Assembly: GCA_043228905.1 (NCBI GenBank)
Contig: JBHGNT010000022.1
Span: forward strand, 7,440,001 to 7,504,000
Length of the DNA stretch: 64,000 nt
Source of the DNA: Azolla caroliniana
Taxonomy: Eukaryota; Plantae; Polypodiophyta
Reading direction: 5' to 3'
The number at the start of each line of letters is the position of its first letter. The first letter of the stretch is position 1. This document shows positions 24,218 to 36,709 of the stretch, piece by piece. Both the position numbers and the translations under genes were made by a program. The notes beneath the pieces are model-generated. The model was not told where the DNA came from, ran no database searches, and saw nothing but the letters and a program-made list of their open reading frames with translations.

Positions 24218-25707
24218 ATGGCTACTGATGTGTTCGCAAAAGATGTTTTGGATCATATCATCCCAGATCTTGCTTCTTGCTCGAAGTCGCAAAACCCTCG
24301 TACTGACTATAGGCAGTTCTATTGGCATGGTGGTTTTCTATTTCGGCAAAACCTATTGTATGTTCCTGATGGTCCCCCACACTTGCAAGTCTTACAACAT
24401 TGTCATGACAGACCAATGGCTCGACATTTTGGAGTCACCAAAACTCTAGAATTAGTTTCTCGGCAATATTGGTGGCCTCGACTTCGTCATTTTGTGGAGT
24501 ATGTCCGAAGTTGTGATACATGTTGTCGATCAACGAGTCCTCGACACCGATCGTATGGGTTACTACAACCACTTCCAATTCCTGAAAATCCTTGGAAGTC
24601 TATATCCTTGGATTTCATTACCGATCTCCCAGTTTCGAGGGGTTTTGATACCATTCTGACCGTGGTCGATCGACTTACCAAAATGGCACATTTTTGGCCA
24701 TGTACAAAGTCTATTACTAGTCAAGAGACAATGGATTTAGTTATGTGGGAGGTGTTCAAGCATCATGGTCTCCCAGACGATATTATTATTGATCGAGGTC
24801 CACAATTCATCTCAAAGTTCTGGAAGCACGTGTTAAAACTTCTCTGAGTTTCGGCTAAGCTTTCTTCGGGCTACCATCCAGAGACTAATGGCCAAACCAA
24901 GTGTACCAACTAGACTTTGGAGCAATATCTTTGTTGTTTCATCAACTATCAACAAGATGATTGGGTTGATTTTCTACACTTGGTGGAATTCACTTATAGC
25001 AACTCAGTCCATTCGTCTACAGGATATTCGCCACTTTTCGCAAATACGGCTTCTCATCCTCATTGGACGATGACTAAACACCCCAGAGTTCCTATCAACC
25101 CTGTTGTTGCGGATCATCTCAGTCGTCTCCAAAAAATTCATGCTACCATTCTCCACAATTTGCGTGATGCTCAAAGTACATACAAGAGGATTGCGGACCA
25201 TCATCGCCTAGACTCCTCAGAAATGTTTCAGGTCAAGATCGTGTATGGCTTCTACAACACAACATCAAGACCACTAGGCCTTGTGGTAAATTAGATTACC
25301 AATGGTTTGGCCCATACGAGATCACTAGTAAGATAAGCGATGTTGCATTTCGTCTTGGCCTCCCTCCCCACATGCATCTTCACCCTGTGTTTCATGTCTC
25401 CCTTCTCGAACCTTACACCACTAGTTCAATTCCGGACTCTCTTACAACTCCCCCACCACCTGTAGAGTTTTTGGAAGAACCGGAATTTGAGGTTGCTTCC
25501 ATTCTCGATTCCAAGATCGTGTGCAACAAGTTGTATTACTTGGTCGATTGGTTAGGCTATACACCCAATGATCGAACTTGGGAACCTGCAACAAATCTTG
25601 TTAATGTTGCGGACATGGTCACCGAATTTCATCGACAATATCCTCATAAGCCAGGTCCTAGTTCAACCCATACAACCCGTGATATGGGTCGTCGAAGAAG
25701 GGGGTAG
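24218..25707 (+). pseudogene. chromovirus integrase-chromodomain, disrupted
   Basis: ORFs 24218-24847, 24917-25294 and 25372-25707. Confidence 0.9.
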
Positions 25708-25866
25708 TGTCATGTTGACACTTATATACGATTTGGGTTTACAAGGAATCGAACCCACAACCTTGTTATATATGTGTCGAGTTCTTAACCATTGTAATGA
25801 TATATTTATGTGTAAAGAATTTATAAACTATATAGAATATCATAAAGTATTCTAGAGTACTCTATG

Positions 25867-25962
25867 TTCTAGAATGTTCTAGAATATTCGAGAGTGCCTA
25901 TGTTCTAGAATGTTCTAGAATATTCAAGAGTGCTCTATTGTCTAGAACGTTCTAGAATATTC
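25867..25962 (+). promoter_or_regulatory. array of perfect heat-shock elements (alternating nGAAn/nTTCn) upstream of TATAAAT (26009)
   Basis: TTCTAGAATGTTCTAGAATATTC at 25867-25889 and 25903-25925; GAACGTTCTAGAATATTC at 25945-25962. Confidence 0.65.
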
Positions 25963-26252
25963 TACATAATCTTTATTCTAAGATTTTCTAGAATACCCAA
26001 TTAAGACTTATAAATATGCATCTAATAATACGGGATGAACCAATTTGTTGTTTATTGTATTCCATCTTCTAGTGCAATACATTATCTTTACAATATACTC
26101 TCTCTCTCTCTCTCTCTCTCTCTCGACACAAACATGGCTCGGTTGAAGCTTGAGTTTGGCTTGGTTCATCTTTAGCCCTACTCAACCGACTGAAACTGGT
26201 TGCGTCAGTTATGTATTTTTCAACTAATAGAGAGAGAGAGAGAGAGAGAGAG

Positions 26253-27675
26253 ATTATATTATCGTCTTTGGAGGTCAAATATGACCTATGAGACCAAAAA
26301 TATTACATTTCACATGATACGTGTGAAGGTGAGTAGCTTTACCAATGAATGTTGGAATCAAGAGTGCACATTATGGTTGTGAGAGAACGTCGTGCAAGGA
26401 TTGGGTTCGATCTAAGAGATGTGGAAAGCATGGTCGAATATGATCAAAGGCAGAGCATTGTATCAAAGTGTGATACTCAGTCTCTCGAACTTGTTTAGGG
26501 CAAAGTGTGCATAGTCGGCCACTCTCATCACTTGTGCCCCAACGCCCCGTCTCACATCTCAATGCATGCGAGCTAAGTCGCATGGAAGCAATGGTTCGAA
26601 TGGCAGATATCAGGATGGGCTCTAACATGTATCAATGTGTACGGCTTCCCCGTTCCACGAAGAATATGGTTTTGTAATTAGGTGCAACATTTGTAGTATA
26701 ATGTGTGAAGCGTGAGCCACCACATTTGTCCCATGTCATGATACATTGGCATTGCAAAAAGGCCTCATTTATAGAGGAATCTAGTGATGCATCATGAAGC
26801 AAGTGTCTTGCATCCCATCTACCAAACCATTTTTCTAAATCTTGCATCCAACCGGAACACAAAGTTTTGCTTTTATGCCTCTTTTGGATCTTTTTGCTTG
26901 CTTCCCATGCAATTCTAGGAAGTCGATGTGAGGGGCTTTTTTGAACCTTAAGTATGTATTCAACAACCCTTTCCATGGCCATGATCTCAATGGGAAGCGA
27001 TCCCGTCTCAAGGAGGAGGAGGGTGTAGGGCTTTTGTTTCTTAACTCGTAGAAACTTTGTAAGAAAATGCTTTTGGACATTTTCAAACTCTTTCCACGTA
27101 GATTTAGGGATGCTACCGCCCCATACTTCCACCCCATAGAGAAGAACTAGGGTCACCAAAGTGTCAAAAAGATATTTCTTGAGGACCCAACACTTAATAT
27201 CTCCAAGATTGCATGTGTTCTCAAATGCATAATATGCTCGCTTACCCGCCTCTAAGCGGCGTGTAGCACATTCATTCCATTTATGATTTGAAGGAACTTC
27301 AAGGCCAAGATATTTGAAGCTTTCCACACATTCAAGTGGCTCATTGTTGTACATAATGCATGGTTTATCTCTTTTTTGACTCTTCACAAGCATAATCTTT
27401 GTTTTAGAGCTATTGACACTTAATCTAGTATGCATGCAAAAAAATTCCAATGCCTTCATAAGCTTTTGTGCATCTCTTGAAGTATTTGCAAAAAGCACTA
27501 CATCATCCGCATATAACAAAAGCATAATCACAACATTCCCAATGGCAACTTCTTCAACACATTCTTCATTTACAAACTTGGTAACCATTTCTTCTAATTC
27601 ATCAATGCATAGACCAAATAATGTTGGTGAGAGTGGGCATCCTTGCTTAACACCAATAGTGCTATTGAAAAAATC
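26253..27675 (-). mobile_element. 5'-truncated non-LTR retrotransposon (RTE/RTEX-like LINE)
   Basis: GVKQGCPLSP, LLYADD, KTKIM, FKYLG, LLYGVEVWG; C-terminal CTLC..HTLIQC; 3' end abuts (GA)n. Confidence 0.9.
26371..27670 (-). pseudogene. LINE ORF2 reverse transcriptase C-terminal half
   Basis: ORFs 26632-27588 and 26371-26628 separated by one stop. Confidence 0.88.
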
Positions 27676-27714
27676 TGGATGGATGGATAGATAGATAAAT
27701 AAACAAATAGATCA

Positions 27715-28030
27715 ATTCTATTTATTGGCTTTGGAGGTCAAATATGACCTATGAGACCAAAAATATTTCATTTCATGTAATACATGTGAAAGTGAGTACT
27801 GATTCTAGATGTTCAAGATCTTTACCAATGAATGTTTCGCTCGTGAATGCAAGTTGTCATTGTGACAAAAATGCGTGCAAGGATTGGGTTTGGTCGAAGA
27901 TGTGTGGTAAGTGTGGTCGAATATGATCAAAGGGGCAAAGCGTTGTATCAAAGTGTGATACTCAGACTCTCAAACTTGTTTCAAGCAAAGTATGCATAGT
28001 CGACCACTCTCATCACTTGTGCCTCAATAG
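27715..28030 (-). mobile_element. second LINE 3'-end fragment in tandem
   Basis: TTTGGAGGTCAAATATGACCTATGAGACCAAAAATATT...CACTCTCATCACTTGTGCC repeats 26270-26540. Confidence 0.85.
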
Positions 28031-28651
28031 CCCATCATTGGAGTTCAGCAAGCAATATATAGAACAAAAAAATACTTTCTATATCATGTTTGATCTCACA
28101 TGAGCAAATCCATACATTTGTGACTCATTTCATGTACTCGTTTTCTTCATAAATGAATTTTAATAGTATAATTTCAAGTGGCCTAGAAATTAAATTCAAG
28201 AAGACATGCCCACATAAATCACACAACAATACTATTGAGCTCCCTACAAAGTCTAATTATATTAGAAAATGTCATATAAGTAGGACTCTTTAATGAGATG
28301 GTTGGCTTTTTCTTGTACATGTCTATCTTTGTTTCTACGTCATCACCATGCAAATACTTCCAATTATCCTTCTCAATTCATTGTAAATGATAAGGATACC
28401 CAATTAATGTACATGCTTGTTATACATTGTCAATAATGTGCATGTTTGTTTGTGAATATATTTACTATTATTGTGATGAACATCCATGCAAAATGAGACA
28501 CTGTGTTTATGATCCTTGTTTCTCTTTTTTCATATTGATTATTTTCTCCCTACAGAAACAAAATTAATGATTTTTTGAAATGCAAGACTTTTAGAGTTCT
28601 TAGCCAGGAACAATTTTATGTTCCTCAAGTTAAGGTAACATGAACATACAT

Positions 28652-30088
28652 TCAGTTTGTTTGTTGGAAGAAGGTGAGAATGCTATTGTATACAATGGTG
28701 TGGGCACTATAACCAAATACAAAGTCTAGGTGGCCAAAGTTGGGCACAATGCTGGTGTGAAGACAAGGTGATGGAGATATATCACGAAGGAGATGGGCAA
28801 CATCTATAGTATTGGCAAATGCATCTTTCTCACCGCTCACCATTAGTGTTGGCACATGGTTACTTGGGTATTGTGACATGTTATATATTGGTGATGTTGA
28901 TTGTTTATACCGCATGATGTTCCCATGCGTCCCATAATCGAACATTGCAAATGTGCCTTGTCGAATCTCTGCAACATATTCATATGTACATTCATTCAAT
29001 GATTATAAAAGATTTATTTTGTGAAATCTAAGGTTCATCTTATAAAGGAATTGAGATTAACATCTAACATTTTGTTTATGAAAACATTCATCCATAGTCA
29101 AGCATAATATGAATAGCTTTCCCTTTGAATATGACTTACGTTGAGCAAAATGAGCCAAATTCTTCACCGATGTGTCTTGGGTTTCATATTTATCGATGTA
29201 GGACCTCCTCGTGGTATTCATGCAACAAGTAAAACCTAATTCATGCATAAAAGAAACCAAATTGTTAACATAGGGAATATTCATATTTAGTTGCACCAAT
29301 TTTGATTTTTTTGTCACATAAGAAATGTTCATATTTAGATGCAAGAAAAATCACTTGTGTAACATTGTAATTGTGTGGCCCATTAATGTTGGATAATCAT
29401 AGAATTCATACTTTGGGTTATTCGGTACAAAAGTCTACCTACAAAAGGCTTGTTAGTGACTCCACTTGCAATGTACGTAGTAGATGCTCTAACTAAGCCT
29501 CAATATTCGAAACACTTGATATTAATCATTGCACACACTATTTAAGTAGCATTATTGATTACATACATTGACTAAGTTACTAAATAATAATTAGTCAAAT
29601 CGACATGTTCATCATTAGTCATCACAGTCTAAACATATCAATTGATGATGAGACATTAACCTGAGAAAAGTCGGAACCAATCGTTGTAACATTTCACACT
29701 AGTTGCTTTACACAAGAAATCCACCAGCGATCTACCACTAGGTCTATGCTTGACAAATTTAACAAGAAATAACAAAAGAATTAGGATACTAATCAATACT
29801 ACTTTAATCTCATGTAGAAATAGAACATTTAAAATTATAATTTGATTACACATACCCACGTGTAGTGAGTTGGTGGATGTGCAATGCCTCAAGTACCTGG
29901 ATATTAATCATATAGTGGGTACCAATTCATATATTTTATAGTTAGAATGTAATTGACAAATGGACAAATATATTAGATACAATACATAAAGTTGTATTGA
30001 CACTTTGTCCCTATAAAAGTTAGATTTATGTTATTTACTATTTCAACACCTTAGTATGCATGTATGTATGTCGGTATGTGTGTGTGTG

Positions 30089-30165
<77 letters not shown>

Positions 30166-32558
30166 ATGTATGTATGTATGTATGTATGTTTAAATCAAAG
30201 AGTATATCTAAACTTGATTGTAAGTTGCTTACCTTTTGTAATTGTAATTTGGAGGAAATGTAGACAATTTGTGGTCCACTTGTGATATATGACACTGGAG
30301 CAAGAAGAGCTACTTTGCTTACTAATTCCACTAATTTCCCTTGCGAGAATGTTGCTAATGTTGCTTGAGCACCCTATACAATCATTTAGAAACATTGAAT
30401 TTTACTCCGAATTGATTATGTAATAATAGATAGCCCTTCACTTCGATTTTTGTGGTAAGTGTTTCAATTTGTTTTATACATATCTTAATGTGATCTTATC
30501 TACATATCTTTTTAATGTTGTGATGGTCTACTATTCGTGATAAAAAAGACCAAGTCAATGTGGAACTTTCCTTGGCCTCTCTTATCATTGGGTATCTCAA
30601 CATGGAAGAGCCATCTAAGTACAAGGTGAGTTATGCACACATTGTGTACGGGAACAACCAACATTGAGATTAATGTTGATCTTTCTTCTTCGAGCATCTA
30701 GGGCCAAAGTTTTCCTAGTGGCTGTTAGGTTCACAAGATGAGACAAGATCCATATATCAGTTTCATCAAGATATTTAGGTTCGGTTTCAATTAATTAAAC
30801 AATATTAAGGGTGTCCATGAATCATATTATTAATCGGTACCATAAAGTCACGTCTAGTGACACATGAATTTTCTTCAAGCTGTTTGAATGCAAACTTGTT
30901 ACTATGCTTTGACCACATTTCTTTTTCTATTGGAATGAATATGTGTCAAGGAACACATGATTTCCCTTGTGATGCAAAACACAAACTTGTTACTATGATT
31001 CGACTATATTTTCTTTTCCTAGTGATACACTATTTTATGCTATCAACCAAACGCCATGGCTAGGTTCAAATCCATATGTTCACACATTTTTCTTAAAACA
31101 TATATAATTTCTCATGAATTGCATGCCACATTGATGTATCAAACTAATCATGTTCACTTGCCTAACAATTGACACATCCATCTCAACTCCATGTTTTCTA
31201 GTCTCACTAGTAGCAGCTAGATCTTGATAGTGAGTCGACCCCGGTCTCAACTATGTCCTACGTTTGTCAACGAGTTAGTTACATTACCAACCTCGGAGTA
31301 CGCCACAAGAAGGACTTTTTGTTGAGTGGCGGATGACACCACTTGTAGGGAAGCAGAAAAATCTTCGGAAGCAATCTCATCCACACTCCAGTCCCAGAAT
31401 CCCTACAATAATTGAATGTGGTACATACAATAGTAGATATAGAAATACATATTATTTGGATTAGTACAAAATATTTGCAAGATTTAATCTTATATTACAA
31501 CATTAATCTCAAATTGCAAGATTAATCCATTGTGTACATATATATTGCATTGGAATGTCATTAACATGCCCTAACACAACTCCAGAATGGGTTGTTTCTA
31601 GTTACAAAGTTCCGAATTACGTGCATAATACCGGCATTTTTAGACAGAATGCGGGGTAATCATGCTGATTAAACCATGTGTTTTGCCTTCAGCTGAAAAT
31701 GGATTAGAATGTAATCTTACCTTGTCTTTGCTCGTGTAATTAAGGTGTCCATAGCTAAATCTTGTGGCTCGATAGTTTGCTATCCACACATCGTAACCGC
31801 GATCTGCAAGGATGAATCCCAAGCCTTCCCCGGGTGGATTAATCACCCATACATCACCTCCCTACAGTTAACACATGAATGATCTTCCCACTTTACCATT
31901 TATTTAATTCATTGATCTACTTTGAACTGAATCCGAGGTTTTAGTGACTCAACAATTTGATGATTAATTTATATTTTAGAGGCTAAGGATTCATTTTATG
32001 GTCCTCCCAAATGATGATTAGTTAGCTTTAATGATAAAAGCATTGAGCTTATTAAAACATTTTAGGAGCACAAGCAAAAAAACTTCCATCGAATTATGAC
32101 ATTCCATCGAATCGAAAGTGTGTTGGAGCTAATTATTACGAAACGGAGTAAAATACCGTGAAGATTCCGTGGAACAGAAGAACTGGAGATAGAAGATTAT
32201 GAGTAGTAGGGATCATTTCCGGCCTCCACATTCTCTGAATGCCCAGCAGGAATCCATCGCTTGTTTGAACCTGCGAGCATATAAATCATCGAAAAGCTCC
32301 AATAAAGTTAGGCGGGTAATTAAGAGAATGCGACCATTAATTAGTAGTGACGGCACAAATTAAAGTCTGTACCACATATTCCTGGCAATTGTAAACTTTG
32401 TAGGGCATGACAAGATCGGAACAGAGGCCATCTGCACGATCCGTCTTGTGGTATGAAACCAATCCCGCCGTGCACCTCGTAACAATCAATTGGCCAAAAA
32501 CAAGATAGTTGGCCATAACAATTAACACTAAAATCTGCAAACCCTCCATCGTCTTCAT
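28652..32558 (-). CDS. triacylglycerol/acid lipase (lysosomal acid lipase family, plant LIP1/LIP2-like), 409 aa, 9 exons
   Basis: Exons 32558-32373, 32270-32157, 31861-31721, 31402-31292, 30373-30233, 29896-29856, 29743-29661, 29235-29140, 28968-28652; all introns GT-AG; 1230 nt in frame. Hydrophobic N-terminus, VQTSDGFLL, PVLLFHG, ILADRGYDVW, FWDWSVDE, AYSEG (Ser), LLAPV, GEKDAF (Asp), FGHLDF (His). Confidence 0.93.
30060..30188. repeat. compound (TG)n(TATG)n microsatellite in lipase intron 5
   Basis: Directly visible. Confidence 0.95.
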
Positions 32559-35500
32559 CGATCTCTAATATTTAAGCTACGTTAAATCCTGGATCTAACT
32601 GGGACTTACAAAAACCCTCTTTAATTAAGATTAATGTATGTGTGGCAGAGCGTAATACTCTCTGATTCCGCTAAATCAACGAATTTACATTCGGTTCGGT
32701 TAATGCAACATTCGGTTCGATCAACGCGACAAGAAGCTCAAAACCAATGCAATTAATCCCGTTCCGATGCAGACTGTCACTAGCTGAGCAACATAAACCC
32801 CCAAAAATGGTGAGAATATAATCGGAGCATGGTGAAGGAAGCTTTTTTTTTAAGTAGCGCGTGATTAAGCTTATGCAGGAAGAAGCTTGTGGAATCAAGC
32901 TGCTTTGCTTAGTCTTTAATTAGCCTTTTAGGCGATCAGAGCAGGATTAAGCTTTAGAAGAAGGGGATGTAAGAAGGAACAGTGGAATCACTCCTGGTAT
33001 AAAAAAACAGAGAAGAAGAGAGAATGGAGGGACATAGAATACATCCACAGGAAGCCATGAATGAATGTAATTAAAATCAAATGATTGGGTTGTTATTGCC
33101 AAATCAAATGAAGGAAGCCTCTCTCTTTCAAGCCAAAGGTTTGGTGACATTCAATTAATTCAAAATGCTTTTGCATATTTACGGGGGGTACCCTCCGTCC
33201 CCCGCCCCCCGCGTGTGTTTGTCCAATAATTCGGTCGGGGCCTCTCGCTTGGTTCCGATAGTAAGTTACGTGTGTGTGTGTGTGTGTGTGTGCGTGTGAC
33301 TTACTTTTGTTGGGATTTCGAAACCCTGTGGTTATAACCTACGAACTACGAATCACATACTGGGTTATGTTTTGGGGTACGTTTCCACACGTGGAAATCG
33401 ACCAATGTGGAACCTCATTCTTCCCGCAGGTGATGACTAATATGTTTGGACTTGGTTTAACACCCCCCCGTCTACGGTGACTAACTACATTTGTATAGCC
33501 GGTTTATGGTTCATCGTGGGTTCTAACATAACTAAGTAGATTGCTAGTTATTGTTCTCGAGAAAACACTAGTGAAAGACCCGATTAAATGTTGGGGCTAT
33601 TTTTTTTTCACTTTTGAAAGATTGAGGTAAAAATGCGTTTTCAAAATTAAGGGTTAAACACGAAATATGAAAGTCACGAGAGTTGAGTACGGTATCATTT
33701 AGTTGCTAAGAAAGGAGACTTTTGGTTTCCAAAGACATCAACTTGGCATTTAGGCCATTGGATGTTTACTAAGGTACATAAATTTGATATCTATAATTGA
33801 GTCATTGGATGACCACTCTCTTTATGATGTGGGACCATCATAAAGAGCATTAATATGCTTTGCTTAGATCTTTGTCGTAACACGTGTACTAGAAGACCAA
33901 AGCATCCGAGGTTGTTTTGAGGTGTGGTAAATAGATTTTGAGTTTGTTGAAATGGCGTTATTAACCAATATCTCGATGTCTAATTAGTCTTACTCTTCAA
34001 TGTCTCCAATTTGAAGGTGTTTTTTGCCTTCCATTCCAAAATTTAGAGGCCATTCTCTAGTATATATTGGAAAGGAAATTTTCATTCATTTCTAATGAAT
34101 CAAGTTATTGTGCTTTTAGTTGGGTTTTGCTTGCCTTTGATAAGGAAAGATGAGAAAGTCACAATAATAGAAGTCATCTCTAGATGGAGAAGGCTCTTGG
34201 ATTTAGGAAAAAGATTGCACAACAATTTGTTCTTTTATGTGTAGTTATCAAAATAATTACGAATCCCTCGGGATAGGTAAAAGATTTCAGAAATTTAATG
34301 TATAGATTGCCCAAAAACATACGACTAGATTTGGGGCGGTATTGAGAAAATATCAACACGTTTCCCCGAACATAGTTCTTTGTTCTAACTTCCATAAAAT
34401 ACACATGTTCATGCGATGCTAGACTTAGCAACAATAAACATCGAGAATTCCAACATATGTGTCTTGTTGTCCTTACTTTGAACACTTACTTAGGAAAGAC
34501 AATTGAAAAAATCATAAAACAATTAAATCATAAAATACCCAAAAAGTGATGGGTAATATGGTTCTTGAATGCAAGGGGGTACACCGTACATTGTTCATCT
34601 TGATGTCCATGACTGCCTAATTGCACTTGCTTTGAGATGGTAATAAGAGAGACTTTAATAAGTCTATACCTACACCATCCTCTCTTGAGCCACTCACATC
34701 TATTAAGAATGTCAAGGATTATCGAGTTTGATGAATATTTTCATTCATCAATTATCTCATTTTTAAACTACCTCACATGCACTTTATTGAGCTGTCTAAA
34801 CTGCATTTGGTGTTGGTGGATTGATTTCCTCCACATTGCACATTTGCAAGGTAAAATACACCTTTCATTGTACTATTCGATTCTTTATAAGACTATGGTA
34901 CCTCACATGCAATAAAAAAAAAAGTGCAAGGCATGTCTTAATTGCTTAAGTATTATTCATATGAAGTAGATGCAGAGTTTACCTTCTTTTTTCTTTTATC
35001 CCTACTTTTACCAATAGTTATACTAAAGCGCTCGAGATAGAGTGCAAAATTACACTAGTAAAATGCTAAAATACAGAGATTACACTAGTAAAATAATATG
35101 ATAAATTCTAACGTGAGGTTGCATATTCCAATGGAGCCATTAACTCACAAAGACCAATTCACATGTTGTCCTTTACGTATGTTTGGAGAGGATATCAAGG
35201 TGTGAAGAGAGATGACGATTCATCACCAAGCCTTCAAGAAAAATCAGGTGATATTAGTTACTACGCTGTCTCCATTTCGTGAAAAGGATCATGTGGAGAA
35301 ATAAGACAAGGTAATTATCCCTTAGGATTTCAATGGTCCATATGTTAAATCATTCATTGGGATTTCAATTCCTTGATATGATAGAGAGAGCAATGGAAAT
35401 TTCTCTTCGGTGCATCTTCACAATTATTCTAAATCCATTCGATGAAAGGAACCATGTAGAGAAACTCAATTCAAAGAACATCTCAAGGAGGACACAATGA

Positions 35501-36709
35501 GGACCAATGAAATGGAAGATCTTTATGGTGCTTGCTCAAATGTTTTGATGACAAAGGATGATGTGGCACTTGATAAAAACTTCTTCATACAAGACTCTAC
35601 CGTCTAGTAATTCAAGAAAAACCTTCTTAAATGGAGAATAGGGTGGAGACAAATGTCCTTTAGTTTCTCAACATTCAAGAAACTCATTAGGGAAACCAAG
35701 AAAGTCTAAGGGCAAAAGTGGCTCTAATAGTTTGAGACACTCAAAGTGCCTTCAATGTAAAACAGTGAGATTTCATGCTAGTAATAAAATGCTAGTTTCT
35801 GTAAATGAGATGTGTGAAATAAAAAAAGAAAAAGATAATGTCCGACTACTCAAAGAAGTAATGGCAAGCAAGGAATTACTCAAAGAAGAATAAAGGATAT
35901 TGGGAATTGTGAATGTGGTTTTGTACGATGCCAAAATAGGGGATCATGACAATGACATTGACTTGAATTTTCTTGGGTCTAGGGTGATTCCAGTTAACTC
36001 TATTTCCATGTGAAACATATTGGCCGTTTGACAAACATTGTATAACATGAACCAGCCGGTTATAAATTCAAAGGGGCTGAATAAACTACATCGTGAGTAA
36101 TATAATAGTCCGTTGAATATAATATTTATAAAGTACGATAGTATATAAGATATTCTAGAGAAGAATAAGGGCCATTGTTGCCTTCTTCAAGTCATAGAAA
36201 TAAATACAATAAAGGACAAGTAAACCTTTAATGAAGCACAACTGGAGGTATTACCTCGCCCCATTAGGTAAAATAGAGTGCATTAGAGTGAATCTTAGAG
36301 TGGTAAAAGTGCACATTACTACTAATTGGAGAGAGTGAGAGTGAAACCAATTAAAGACATATCATCTAATGTAATCATCACCATCAATCAATTGTGGTCC
36401 TTTTAATATTGTGTATTAAGTGTTATTTCTCACATATTCTTTAAGTCACTATGTTAATCTATTCAGTGTCCTTCCTACCTCCAAGCTAACTCAATGTTGG
36501 TGACTATTGACCTTTGCCAACCACCTAAGACAACAACATCATTCATCAAAAGAAAGAAAGAAAGAAAGATATCTAACATCTTCGAATTTTTTTTTTTGGC
36601 CATGAAACAATTGGTTACAACAAAATGGTATGTGTACCCAATCATAAAAGACATGCCCACCCCCTTCCCTCTTGCGCTAATGTTCTTCCTTATAGTGACT
36701 ATAGTATAA

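Larger units (their letters stand above)
24190..26128 (+). mobile_element. Ty3/gypsy chromovirus (Tcn1-like) 3' part: integrase, chromodomain, PPT and 3' LTR (25708-~26128)
   Basis: HD..HFG..YWWP..CDTC zinc finger, SLDFITDLP core, HPVFHVSLL, chromodomain FEVASILDS..YYLVDWLGY..TWEP; PPT GAAGAAGGGGGTAG. Confidence 0.92.

Noticed and set aside
33176-34592. DNA transposon bounded by TACGG..GTACCC inverted repeats upstream of the lipase
   Set aside because: Inverted match is weak, with no TSD and no transposase trace.
35190-35900. decayed coding-like purine-rich segment
   Set aside because: Many stops and no recognisable domain.
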